Source of the DNA: an uncultured archaeon
Lineage (GTDB): Archaea; Asgardarchaeota; Lokiarchaeia; Sigyniarchaeales; SOKP01
Assembly (NCBI GenBank): GCA_964632315.1
Contig: CAZWEM010000004.1
Coordinates: forward strand, 1-64,000
Direction of reading: 5' to 3'
DNA: 64,000 bases
Shown piece after piece: positions 34,017 through 44,283 of the stretch. Every line of letters begins with the position of its first letter. Position 1 is the first letter of the stretch. The notes beneath the pieces are model-generated. The model had not been told where the DNA came from. It worked only from the letters and a program-made list of their open reading frames with translations, and made no database searches. The translations under genes were made by a program, and so were the position numbers.

Positions 34017-34579
34017 TTATTTTACTTTTTTTCTTTTCAATAAATCCCATCTTTTTGTTATGGGAAAATTACCACCACTGACTGATTTTACTTGTTCTAC
34101 AGAAATAAAAGCCTTAGGATTATTCACATGAACTAATTCTAATATTTTAGGGAGATTTTTTCTTTTAATCACAAGTAAAACTATTCGTACTAATCCTTTA
34201 GATCCTTCGGCTGTCATGGTTGTAATACTATATCCCTGTTCATTCAAGAGATTGATCAATTTTTCAGGATTTTCCCTAATAATTAACTGTAAGCTCAATA
34301 ATCCTAACGATATTTTTCCTTCAACAATTAAACCCATATAATTTCCCATCGCAAAACCTCCAGCATAAGCGATATAGTATATAAAATTAGTTAAATTAGA
34401 AAAAATCTGGCTCATTGCTACTAACCAAATTAAGATTTCACAAAACCCAACAATCGGGGCCAAAAGTTTACGACCTTGAGAAATAAAAACTATTCTTAAG
34501 GTTCCAAGGGTGACATCTGAGACTCTAAAAAAAAAATTAGCACTGGAAGTAGAATTAATGAAAATATTTCATTGACCAT
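34017..34579 (-). CDS. DUF2179/UPF0316-type membrane protein, frameshifted in a T10 run (34527-34536)
   Basis: MVNEIFSLILLPVLIFF joins RVSDVTLGTLRIVFISQG...GFCEILIW...YAGGFAMGNY if one T is added; 563 nt + 1 = 188 codons. Confidence 0.75.
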
Positions 34580-34685
34580 AATCTCTATGAATTAATCTAG
34601 ATGATAATAATTGTTTTAATATTAATATCTAATTTAAAGTAGACGGATTTTATCTAATTTACTATCTGTTCGACTAGTATCTAGA

Positions 34686-35345
34686 TCACTTATAGTACAT
34701 CATTAATTTTGAAATGTCGATTGGACCTTTAATGTTAATTAAACTCACTAGATTATCATCTAAAGGTTTAATTAACTTTTCTACGGATACATAATTTATT
34801 GTCCAGTTTTTGTCAATTAGGTTTAATAATCCATAATTTTCATTCGTTAAAATTTCTTTAGCTCGATTTAAACCTTTCGCAACGGGATAGATGGCGAAGT
34901 AAGGCTCTAAAAAACCATTTTCCCATCGAGGTATTGTACACTCGTAATTTTCGGATTGTTTTATCATAGATTTGATGACCTCTGCTTTAATTAGAGGCAT
35001 ATCACAAGACAAGACATATGCTTTTTCGAATCCATGTTTGTTTAGATGTTTGAATCCGGAATAAATCCCTAGCATTGGTTTAAATATTTTAGGATGTTTG
35101 AAAAATTCTCGATCATCAACTATAAATTTAATATCTTCAGGGAAATCGATGATATCTCTATATTCATTTATCTGTTCATGAGAATGAGCCACCAAGAATA
35201 AATCTTCATCAATTTTAGATAATGTTTCAATCTGATGTAAGATCAATGGTTTTCCAAGTATATTTATAACAGCCTTCTCAACTCCGAACCGAGTACTTTT
35301 ACCTCCAATGAGAATCAGAATAGCTAGTTTTTTTCGAGTTTCCAT
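34686..35345 (-). CDS. mobA: Molybdenum cofactor guanylyltransferase-like protein
   Basis: ILIGGKSTRFG.EKA, LSCDMP, EPYFAIY and INI motifs. Confidence 0.8.
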   Translation of the reverse strand: METRKKLAILILIGGKSTRFGVEKAVINILGKPLILHQIETLSKIDEDLFLVAHSHEQINEYRDIIDFPEDIKFIVDDREFFKHPKIFKPMLGIYSGFKHLNKHGFEKAYVLSCDMPLIKAEVIKSMIKQSENYECTIPRWENGFLEPYFAIYPVAKGLNRAKEILTNENYGLLNLIDKNWTINYVSVEKLIKPLDDNLVSLINIKGPIDISKLMMYYK

Positions 35346-35549
35346 AAGAATCCGAGTAAAAATTTTTATTTCTTAGTAATAGCTAATCAAGTTCATATAT
35401 AAGCTTTTCTTAAATAAACAGATATTAAGTTAGAGATTAACAAGAGATTATTGTAATGATTTAAATCTATGATAAGAAATAAATTAAATTTAAATTTTAA
35501 CATGGTTTTTATCATAATTATTTAAAGAAATAGTGTTTGAATAATCTTA

Positions 35550-36851
35550 ATGAATCTACCACTATTAATTTTCCTTTTCGGCATTTTTGTAATTATTTTA
35601 ATAAGCTATTCATCGAAGAAAATTGATTTTGTGGCAGTTTCACTAATGGGATGTTTTATCGCGGGATTTATTACAGGGTTAATTTATGGATTAGATCTTA
35701 GTTTTTTTATTTCAAAAATAGAATTTGAAGCTATTATCGTAATCTTAAGCATGAGCATTATTACTAAAATTGCGCAAGATTCAAATATCCTTGAATATAT
35801 CGCAGTTAAATTATTTAAAGTATCGAAAGGGAATAGAACTATTTTCTTCTACTTGATTTGCATAATAACTGTGCTTTTAGCGGCAATAATTAGTGATATG
35901 GTTGTGGTACTAATATTAGGACCAGTTGTCATAAGACTTTGTAGGTTTTTAAATACTCGAGCCGGCACATACTTGCTTGGAATGACAATATGTATTAATA
36001 TAGGCTCAATTATTACACCTTTTTCATCCGGAGAAAACATTATTATTTCCACCTACTTCAATCTAGATACATTGTATTTTATTACGTATTATTGGGGATT
36101 TTCTTTTTTCCTCTTATTTATTACCATATTTTTAATTAATAGATGGCACCTGAGAAAAGAACCAGAGATCCTAGAAGAGCAAAAAAAATTTGTACTTGAA
36201 TTAGTGGATGCAAGTATCATGATTAAAAGTAAGAAAATGTTTTACCTCAACAGTATCTTTATAATAATTACAATTTCTCTTTTTGCTATTTTACCCTTTT
36301 TATATCTCACTGCTGGAGTTGCAGCTTTCGCCCTCATCCTTCTAAATAAAAAATTTACCAAGAAAAGAACAGGAGATTTATTTAAAAATATTGAATGGGA
36401 GATAATTTTCTTCTTTATATCTTTATACGTAGTAATTGCGTGCTTGCTTGAAGCGGGATTTGATGAGATTTTCAAAAACATTCCATTTCAACTTTTAAGT
36501 CCTTTCATATTAAGCTTGGTGATACTTGTTCTTGTAAGTCTTATATCAGGTTTTGTTGCAAATACACCTACAGCATTGATTTTTATTCCCATTATCGACC
36601 TACTAATTCAAAGTTTTCATTTTCCTTCAGTACCATTATTCTTTGCTTTTATTATTGCTATTAATATTGGCGGAAATCTAATACCTCAAGGAGCAGCATG
36701 TGATATGATGACATTAAAAATAGCACAGAATAATGCCGTGGAAAATTTAGATTATAAACGGTTGTTAAAAGTAGGAGCAACATTTGCTATACTTCACACA
36801 AGTTTGTCTATAATTTACTTATTTTTTTTAAGTTTATTAACTGGATTTTAA
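35550..36851 (+). CDS. ArsB/NhaD/SLC13-type ion transporter
   Basis: About 11-12 TM; NIGSIITPFSSGENII, SGFVANTP, NIGGNLIPQG. Confidence 0.82.
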   Translation: MNLPLLIFLFGIFVIILISYSSKKIDFVAVSLMGCFIAGFITGLIYGLDLSFFISKIEFEAIIVILSMSIITKIAQDSNILEYIAVKLFKVSKGNRTIFFYLICIITVLLAAIISDMVVVLILGPVVIRLCRFLNTRAGTYLLGMTICINIGSIITPFSSGENIIISTYFNLDTLYFITYYWGFSFFLLFITIFLINRWHLRKEPEILEEQKKFVLELVDASIMIKSKKMFYLNSIFIIITISLFAILPFLYLTAGVAAFALILLNKKFTKKRTGDLFKNIEWEIIFFFISLYVVIACLLEAGFDEIFKNIPFQLLSPFILSLVILVLVSLISGFVANTPTALIFIPIIDLLIQSFHFPSVPLFFAFIIAINIGGNLIPQGAACDMMTLKIAQNNAVENLDYKRLLKVGATFAILHTSLSIIYLFFLSLLTGF

Positions 36852-36856
36852 GAAAT

Positions 36857-37966
36857 TCATGTTCTAAAATAATCTATAAGGGTGAATATGAATTCAATAA
36901 CAAATACAAAAGTAAGAAGAATTTCTAAGTATAAGAGATATCCTTCATTTTTATTCGTTTGAGCAGTGTTATAAATATCTCCTATAGTTTCGAGGCGTTG
37001 CCTAATGCTTGTAATCCAATGCTTAAGTTGAAACAATTCTGAGAGATCGACATAGATTTGAGCTAAATAGTAATTTCCAATTAATTTTGAAACGTTTTCT
37101 ACTTTATCTAAAATAAACGTTAAATCATATTTTATTCTCAATAATTTCCCTACTTTTTTACTTATTCTTCTGAGAAGTAAAGGTCCAGTAAAATAAATCA
37201 TGCGAATATCTTCTTCAGCGATATTTAATCTCTTGTCTAATAATTTATCTAATACCCGCAATTCTAACAACTGATAATTGGTAATTTCCGTCACTAATAT
37301 TACATCTTCGTAATCTAGGTTAGGATCGAAGATTATTCCACGGTCAAAATCCATAATAACTAAATCATTTTTCAAAAATGAAAAAGGATTGGTTAAGGTT
37401 TCATTTATTTGAGTCTCATGTAGATTTAAATCGGGATTTTCTCCCATCAATAAACAAGCTATATATTCCTTATTAGCCTCAACAAATTCTGAAGGATTAA
37501 TATCATTGGTTATACAATATAATGTATATTTTTCATACTCAAATTCACTTGGAGTAAAATCGGGTTCTTCAATATAATCTTTAATTTGCTGAAAAGTCCT
37601 TTCATTTTGAAATTTCAAATATTCATCGATATTATAATCTTTTCCATCAATGGAAAATTTGATCCTACTTATGGTATGAAGCTTGTTTAATGGAAGTTCA
37701 TTAAACGTGATTCGAGCGATTAATGAAATTACGCCATCTTCATATAATTTTATCTGAAGATCTACTTTATTTATAAATTCTGATTCAGCTAATATCTCTT
37801 GTTGAAAGTCTAATCTTAAACATTCGGGAAAATCTAAGTAAGAAGGGGTATTTTTTGTTTTTATAATTTTTTTATCAGGAATACCAGGAAAAATGAAACT
37901 CGCTTCTTTAAGATAGATTTTTCTTCCAACATCAGTTAAACTCATGAATATTACTTCCCCATTCAA
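36857..37966 (-). CDS. Hypothetical protein with C-terminal TM helix (RMD1/DUF155-like)
   Basis: QLLELRVLD, KLIGNYYLAQIY, W...IRQRL, LEILL pattern. Confidence 0.55.
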   Translation of the reverse strand: MNGEVIFMSLTDVGRKIYLKEASFIFPGIPDKKIIKTKNTPSYLDFPECLRLDFQQEILAESEFINKVDLQIKLYEDGVISLIARITFNELPLNKLHTISRIKFSIDGKDYNIDEYLKFQNERTFQQIKDYIEEPDFTPSEFEYEKYTLYCITNDINPSEFVEANKEYIACLLMGENPDLNLHETQINETLTNPFSFLKNDLVIMDFDRGIIFDPNLDYEDVILVTEITNYQLLELRVLDKLLDKRLNIAEEDIRMIYFTGPLLLRRISKKVGKLLRIKYDLTFILDKVENVSKLIGNYYLAQIYVDLSELFQLKHWITSIRQRLETIGDIYNTAQTNKNEGYLLYLEILLTFVFVIEFIFTLIDYFRT

Positions 37967-37976
37967 CTTAGCTCTC

Positions 37977-39170
37977 TCATTTTTCTTTTATTTTCTTATA
38001 TAAAGGAGATATTTTCCTCAATCTTTTAATTACTAAAGGAATGTGTTTTAGAAAATAATCTACTTCTTCTTCGGTGGTGAATCTCCCTAACGAAACTCTA
38101 AGAGAACCATGGGCATCTTGAGGGTTTAATCCTATTGCAAGTAAAACATGAGAAGGATCCAATGATTTAGAAGAGCATGCTGAACCTGTAGAGGTTCCAA
38201 TGCCCATTGCATCTAAATCTAACACAATCGACTCGCCTTCAACATATTTAAATCCCAGATTTATATTGTTGGGCAAACGAGAAGTAGGATGCCCATTTAA
38301 ATAGCTTTCATCTATATTATGCAATATAGTTTTGATGATCTTATCTCGTAATTTTGTTTCTCTTACAATTTCCTCTGGCATCTCATTTTTAGCTATTTCA
38401 GCAGCCTTAGCGAATGCGGCAATTGCAGGAACGTTCATAGTGCTGGGCCTTAAGTCTCTCTCATGCCCTCCGCCATGCATTATTGGTTCAAGTATCTTAC
38501 CCCATCCCTCACGATTGCCTTTATTTCTTGTATATAGCATGCCAACTCCCTTTGGACCGTAGAGTTTGTGAGCAGATGCTGATAATAGGTCGATATGTAA
38601 TTCTTCTACATTTATAGGGATCTTTCCAACGGCTTGAACAGCATCTGTATGGAAGATCACATCATATTTTTTTGCAATACGCCCAATATCTCTAATAGGT
38701 TCAATAGTCCCGATCTCGTTGTTCGCAAACATAATACTTATTAAGATAGTGTTATCTGTAATGGATTCTTCAAGAAGTTTGAGGTCGATTAAACCTTGAT
38801 TATCTACGGGCAAATATGTAACTTTGAATCCTTGTTTTTCTAAAAATTCGCAAGTTTTTTCTACAGCATGATGTTCAATTGCAGTTGAAATAATGTGATT
38901 TCCACGTTTTTTATGTTTATTAGCAACTCCAAGAATAGCAAGATTATCTGCTTCAGTTCCAGATGATGTAAAAATAATATCATCTCTGGGGGCACCAATC
39001 AAAGAAGCGATGGTTCGCCTAGATTTAAGTAGTGTTTTTGCTGCTTTTTGGCCTATATCATGTAGACTTGAAGAATTTCCATAATTTTCTCTCATTTGAA
39101 GGCCAAACTCTTCAATCACTCTAGGATCCATGGGTGTGGTTGCGGCATAATCCAAGTAAACATACTTCAT
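37977..39170 (-). CDS. iscS: Cysteine desulfurase, NifS/IscS type
   Basis: YLDYAATTP, FTSSGTEADN, HTDAVQ, SAHKLYGPKG, TGSACSS. Confidence 0.95.
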   Translation of the reverse strand: MKYVYLDYAATTPMDPRVIEEFGLQMRENYGNSSSLHDIGQKAAKTLLKSRRTIASLIGAPRDDIIFTSSGTEADNLAILGVANKHKKRGNHIISTAIEHHAVEKTCEFLEKQGFKVTYLPVDNQGLIDLKLLEESITDNTILISIMFANNEIGTIEPIRDIGRIAKKYDVIFHTDAVQAVGKIPINVEELHIDLLSASAHKLYGPKGVGMLYTRNKGNREGWGKILEPIMHGGGHERDLRPSTMNVPAIAAFAKAAEIAKNEMPEEIVRETKLRDKIIKTILHNIDESYLNGHPTSRLPNNINLGFKYVEGESIVLDLDAMGIGTSTGSACSSKSLDPSHVLLAIGLNPQDAHGSLRVSLGRFTTEEEVDYFLKHIPLVIKRLRKISPLYKKIKEK

Positions 39171-39295
39171 TGTATTATCAAATCAATGTGCATTTCTTAA
39201 TAATGAATAAGAATATAATTAAAATTATTAGAATTTTGATCGAATAAGTAATTTTTCAAACTCAATTCATTCTAATTTAAAGCGATTGTGTATAA

Positions 39296-39607
39296 AAATT
39301 AAGAGCAAAAAATTCTTGGCTGACGTGTACCGCATCATGGACCTTAAAAGCGGCAACAGACTGGATTTTAGGAATACGACCAGAATATCATGGATTAAAA
39401 ATTGATCCGTGTACTCCAAAATCATGGGATAATTTTCGAGTTAGACGTCATTTTAGGGATAAAATTTACGATATAGAAGTTCAAAATCCCAATAATATCT
39501 CAAAAGGAGTAAGAAAAATAATTATTGATAAAGTTAGTCAAGATAGCAATCTTATCCATGTATCTAATCATAAAAAGAAATATAAGGTTCTAGTAATTAT
39601 GGGTTAA
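39296..39607 (+). pseudogene. Start-less C-terminal remnant of a GH94 cellobiose/chitobiose phosphorylase
   Basis: RAKNSWLTCTASW...ILGIRPEYHGLKIDPCTPKSWDNFRVRRHFR..IYDIEVQNP...KGV...VIMG*; in-frame TAA immediately upstream and no start codon; absent from the ORF track. Confidence 0.8.
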
Positions 39608-39688
39608 ATTTTTGATATCTTTCTAAAATAAAATCTCTTTCTTTCACATAGAATTTTTAAAAATGAAGAAATATACTTCAAAATTAGT

Positions 39689-40219
39689 ATGCCGAAGAAT
39701 GTCTTTAAAATTTTTATTATCGGTACAAAAAATTCCGGATTACAACAATTAATAGATTATGAAATGAGCGATGGGTTTTTTTTAGATGCGAGTCATATTT
39801 CCGGTGTTGATTTAGCCACAAAAATGATTCAAGTGAACAAGAAGACTTGGATGTTACAATGTTGGATAGTTGATATAGACAAGATTTTTGGACGATTACA
39901 CGATTTATATCCTCGCTATTTAAGAGGAACCCATGGAGCGATTTTAATAGTGAATCTCGGAGATTTAAATAGTTTAAATAAGTTAGAGGAGTGGATCTCT
40001 CTTATTAGAGAGAATCCTAAGAAAATACCCATCTTAATAGTAGGGGATCGTCCTAAAGTGAAACAGAACAGACAAATTTCTGAACGAGAAGGTATTCAGT
40101 TTGCAAAGGAGCACGGATTAGCAGGTTATATGGAAATTGATAGTTATAGTGAATTCAATACATCGAGTATGTTCGAAAGAATTACGAGTTTAATTTTAAA
40201 ACATGAAGATAACCTCTAA
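39689..40219 (+). CDS. Rab/Ras-like small GTPase fold with degenerate G motifs
   Basis: FKIFIIG, GVDLATK.I, LQCW, YLRGTHGAILI, EWI..I, IPILIVG, FAKEHGL.GYME. Confidence 0.8.
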   Translation: MPKNVFKIFIIGTKNSGLQQLIDYEMSDGFFLDASHISGVDLATKMIQVNKKTWMLQCWIVDIDKIFGRLHDLYPRYLRGTHGAILIVNLGDLNSLNKLEEWISLIRENPKKIPILIVGDRPKVKQNRQISEREGIQFAKEHGLAGYMEIDSYSEFNTSSMFERITSLILKHEDNL

Positions 40220-40315
40220 TCTCACAAGAAGTTAAGTGAAGATTTAAATATACACGATCTCAAATTATTATTATTCAGAAAAGTAGATCGTAAAACATGA
40301 AGAGGTTCTTCTAAA

Positions 40316-40879
40316 ATGAGTTTTTCTATACTTTGGGGGATAACTGGAACTGGTTATTTAATTGAGGAATCCATTAACTTGATGAAAGAATTACAGGAAA
40401 ACTATGATATCAAAATAACCGTTATGCTATCAAAAGAAGGCGCTGTGGTGGTTAAATGGTATAAACAATGGTTGCATCTCACTGAAGTCATCAGTCGGGT
40501 TTCTGTGGAAAAAACACCAAATAATCCTTTCTATGCTGGACCTTTACAAATTGGCAAATATGACTTCTTTATCACTTGTCCAGTATCTGCAAATAGCGTC
40601 GCTAAAATTGTAAATGGAATCGCCGACACTTTAATAACTAATTGTATAGCACAAGCAATTAAGGGAGGAGTAATTTGTTATATTCTACCATCGGATCAAG
40701 ATTTAGAACCAATTACAACTAATCGACCAGATGGAAGTCCTTTAGTGCTGAAAATTCGAGATATTGAGATCGAAAACGTTAACAAGCTTCGAAAGATGGA
40801 AGGGATTCATGTAATCTCGGATTTTAAAGAGATCAAGGATCTAATCATAAAAAAATACCAAGAAACAGCTAAAAGTTAA
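40316..40879 (+). CDS. afpA: Archaeoflavoprotein AfpA-like (HFCD flavoprotein family)
   Basis: WGITGTG, G.YDF..CPVSANSVAKIVNGIADTLITN, LRKMEGI. Confidence 0.75.
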   Translation: MSFSILWGITGTGYLIEESINLMKELQENYDIKITVMLSKEGAVVVKWYKQWLHLTEVISRVSVEKTPNNPFYAGPLQIGKYDFFITCPVSANSVAKIVNGIADTLITNCIAQAIKGGVICYILPSDQDLEPITTNRPDGSPLVLKIRDIEIENVNKLRKMEGIHVISDFKEIKDLIIKKYQETAKS

Positions 40880-41316
40880 GCTTCATAAAGCACTGGTTTA
40901 ATTGCCCCTTGAGGACACGAAAGCTCACATTTTAAACAACCTTGGCACTTAGCAATTTCTTTGAATTTATACCGAATTCCTTCTCTTTCTCCTGCTTCTG
41001 TTTTAACAATATCCTTATAAAATAAGTTTTTTGGACAGAACTTGCCATTATTCTCTAAACATTCTTCACACATAGTACATTTTTCGTGATCTATTTTAAT
41101 ACTAATAATTTGATCTGGAGTGGTTATTGAAGTTACCTCAATTGCATTTCTCGGGCATACTTGCACGCAATTTAAACATGCCCTACACTTAGTATAATCT
41201 ACTCTCCGGATGCCATGTTCAAAATAAATCGCATGAGCTTTACAAGCACGATAACATCGCTCACATCGCATGCATTGTTCTTGATTTATCTGAACCGGTA
41301 CGAATTTTTCTCTCAT
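40876..41316 (-). CDS. Multi-[4Fe-4S] ferredoxin
   Basis: Four CxxCxxC...C(P)-type motifs. Confidence 0.9.
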   Translation of the reverse strand: MREKFVPVQINQEQCMRCERCYRACKAHAIYFEHGIRRVDYTKCRACLNCVQVCPRNAIEVTSITTPDQIISIKIDHEKCTMCEECLENNGKFCPKNLFYKDIVKTEAGEREGIRYKFKEIAKCQGCLKCELSCPQGAIKPVLYEA

Positions 41317-41493
41317 AGTATTTCTACATTTTTTTAATTTTGCTATAAGCTCAATTAATCAAAATTATATTTAATATTAAAATTGATGATTATGAAATAT
41401 CAAAATTAACGCCTTTTAGCTTTCATATCTGTTTAAACTCAAGAAGTAGGAATTACAGACAAAAATCAGTATTATAAAAATTAATTAAAAAAA

Positions 41494-42285
41494 TTATTGA
41501 AAATATTGTGTATATTGTTTTTTAGGCCCTGCTGGTAATTGTTGTTGTTGGTATTGTTGAGCTTTTTCAGCAAGTTCCAACATTTTTGCCTTGATTTCCT
41601 TTCCTTCCTCGATCAATTTTGATGTTTCGATATTAAGTCCATATATCTTATTTAAGACCTCTATTATTGCTGCACCGGCCTCAGGAGTAGGAATTTCAAG
41701 TACAGGTGTAAATAGCGCATAAGCTTGTAAATGATTGGCTAGTGCTTCATTCAAGATTGTTGCTTCTGGACCTACAATGATACCTTTTTCGACTTTTTTA
41801 ATACCATATCCTTCTAATCTTTCTATCATATGAGCTTCGGCAGCATAATACACTGGATAATCATCAATAACCCCTCTTTGAGGAATACCTTGAAATATTA
41901 CGACTTCTTTTGCTCTAACGTCTTCTGATAACGCCCAGTTATTTATTGTTTTACTTAAATCGTTATAAGCCGTGGCAACTTGGAAGGGGACTTCTGCTAT
42001 CCCCACAATCAAGTTATTTTTAGGTGAATAATAAAGCCTAAAAGGATGCTTTAAAACGCCTTCATAAAACACGCTAATTGGAGGCAAATATTCACTTGTA
42101 ATGAATCCAATTTCCTTTATATCAGGTATTTGATCAATTAAAGCATTTGAAACAATTGGTCCAATCAAGCCTATACCCGCGAATCCTAAAATTAAAGTAG
42201 CTCCAGGCTTAATTTCTGTAGTTAAATCTGTTATAACAAGAGTACTTCTCTTTCCTTTCTCACATACATATTCTTTCTTTACCAT
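41494..42285 (-). CDS. PAC2-family proteasome assembly chaperone
   Basis: LILGFAGIGLIG.I, PFRLY, P.PEAGA.IIE.L.KIYGL.I.TS.L.EE. Confidence 0.85.
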   Translation of the reverse strand: MVKKEYVCEKGKRSTLVITDLTTEIKPGATLILGFAGIGLIGPIVSNALIDQIPDIKEIGFITSEYLPPISVFYEGVLKHPFRLYYSPKNNLIVGIAEVPFQVATAYNDLSKTINNWALSEDVRAKEVVIFQGIPQRGVIDDYPVYYAAEAHMIERLEGYGIKKVEKGIIVGPEATILNEALANHLQAYALFTPVLEIPTPEAGAAIIEVLNKIYGLNIETSKLIEEGKEIKAKMLELAEKAQQYQQQQLPAGPKKQYTQYFQ

Positions 42286-42504
42286 TTATATCACTAAATA
42301 ACTCTTTTAACTGTGATTATTCTCGATTTATAATTATATTGAATATAAAAATAGATTATTAAAACTGATCTATTATGAATATTTAATGATCAAATTGATT
42401 TAAGCTTGATCTGAAATAGTAGTTAAAAATTCCTATAAATGATTAAATAAACTATTAAAAATTCAAAGGATTATAATATCTTAAAATAGAATTAAACTCG
42501 GAAC

Positions 42505-43299
42505 ATGCTTTTAGAAATAGAACACGTATCGATACCCACAGATGATCAAAAAAGGATGATTATCGATGATGTCTCCTTTGGGGTTAAAGAGGGGTCAATT
42601 CATGCGATAATAGGACCTAACGGTTCGGGAAAATCTACCTTAGCTTATGCAATTATGGGAATTGAAAACTACATTATCTCGAACGGAAAGATTAAGTTTG
42701 ATGGCAATGATATTTCTCAGAAAAGTGTTACAGAAAGAGCGAAACTGGGTATTACTCTAGCGTGGCAGGAACCGGCAAGGATTGATGGTCTATCAGTGTT
42801 TCAATATGTTTCATTAGGAATTAAGGATAGAAAGAATCTAAAGGAAAAAGTGACCGAAGCTTTAGAAATCGTCAATTTAGAACCTAATTTGTATCTGAAT
42901 CGGTTTATCGATGAATCTCTAAGTGGAGGAGAACGTAAACGAATCGAATTAGCGGCATCTATTGCAATGAAACCAAGATTGATCATACTTGATGAACCAG
43001 ATTCTGGTTTAGATGTAATTATTGTTGAGGATTTTTTGAATATATTCAATAGAATTAAGGAACTAGATATGACCATCCTATTGATAACACATAGAGAGGA
43101 TATCGGGATGGTTGCAGATTACGGAACATTATTATGGAGAGGAACACATCTGCTGACTGATGAGTTCCCTAAAGTGATGCTTCAATACTGTAAAAAAGCA
43201 GGGCTGAAAGATTTTTGCAAAAGAGCACTATTTAAAAATGGGAGTAAGTGCTTTGACGATGATTATATTGAAAGAATTTTTAGAGAGGAGGGAGTATAA
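42505..43299 (+). CDS. sufC: Fe-S cluster assembly ABC ATPase (SufC/SmsC)
   Basis: GPNGSGKST, WQEPARIDG, LSGGERKRIE, LDEPDSG, C-terminal Cys residues. Confidence 0.88.
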   Translation: MLLEIEHVSIPTDDQKRMIIDDVSFGVKEGSIHAIIGPNGSGKSTLAYAIMGIENYIISNGKIKFDGNDISQKSVTERAKLGITLAWQEPARIDGLSVFQYVSLGIKDRKNLKEKVTEALEIVNLEPNLYLNRFIDESLSGGERKRIELAASIAMKPRLIILDEPDSGLDVIIVEDFLNIFNRIKELDMTILLITHREDIGMVADYGTLLWRGTHLLTDEFPKVMLQYCKKAGLKDFCKRALFKNGSKCFDDDYIERIFREEGV

Positions 43300-44258
43300 T
43301 GGTCAATTCTCAGTATCCCGAAGACATCTTGCAGAGTTTAGAAGATTATAATATCGATATCCGTGAGTTTTTACCAGGACATGGAAAAGGAGCAAAATTA
43401 TTACTGGATTTCAATAAAATATCCGGAATTGATCAAGTAGAAGGAATCATTTTAAAAGGAAGAGAAATCGAGAATGGAATCATTGCTGATATAATAATCA
43501 AGGAGGGTACTTCTCATGAAGAACCAATCCATTTATGTTTTGGAGTTAATAAGCAAACGGGTATTCAAGAAATTTTTCCAAGGATTATCTGTGAGGATAA
43601 CGCTAGTGTAAAAGTCCAAGCTCATTGTAGCTTTCCTAAAGCTGATGGATTAATTCATAAAATGTTTGGTCACTTTTATATTGGCAAAAATTGTAATTTC
43701 GAATATAGTGAAACCCATTATCATGGTGAGAAAAGCGGTGCTTTAGTAGCTCCTGTTGCTTACATGTATGTTGGAGAAAATAGTGTCTTTGAAAATAATT
43801 TTACCTTGACTAAAGGTACACCTGGTAAAGTAAAAATCATGATTGATATCTATGCAATGAAGAATAGTGTTATAAGATCTACCTTAAAAGCATTTGGAAA
43901 AAATAAGGAGGATTCTATACGTATCAGAGATTCCGTATTTCTTGAAGGAGAGAATGCCAGAAGTGTTATTAAAATGAAGGCTGCTGCTAGAGATGGAGGA
44001 GAAGTATTGATGTATGGTGTTACAGAGGGAAATGCTCCACATTGCAATGGACATGTTGAATGTAATGAAATAGTTTTAGGAAAAGGCTCGATTTGTCGAG
44101 CTCGACCCTTTATTAGAGCGACAGATCCTACTTCGAGTGTATCCCATGAAGCATCATTAGGAAGATTTCCTCAAAAATGGTTGGATGAATTAAGAGCAAA
44201 AGGCTTATCAGAGCAAGAAGCAACAGATGTTCTAATCCAAGCCATGCTTCGAGATTAA
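43299..44258 (+). CDS. sufB: SufB/SufD-family scaffold (SmsB type)
   Basis: PIHLCFG, AHCSFP, ETHYHG, GHVEC.EI, SHEASLG, RAKGLSE; coupled to sufC. Confidence 0.85.
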   Translation: MVNSQYPEDILQSLEDYNIDIREFLPGHGKGAKLLLDFNKISGIDQVEGIILKGREIENGIIADIIIKEGTSHEEPIHLCFGVNKQTGIQEIFPRIICEDNASVKVQAHCSFPKADGLIHKMFGHFYIGKNCNFEYSETHYHGEKSGALVAPVAYMYVGENSVFENNFTLTKGTPGKVKIMIDIYAMKNSVIRSTLKAFGKNKEDSIRIRDSVFLEGENARSVIKMKAAARDGGEVLMYGVTEGNAPHCNGHVECNEIVLGKGSICRARPFIRATDPTSSVSHEASLGRFPQKWLDELRAKGLSEQEATDVLIQAMLRD

Positions 44259-44283
44259 AATATAGTAAAAAAAGTTGAAAATT

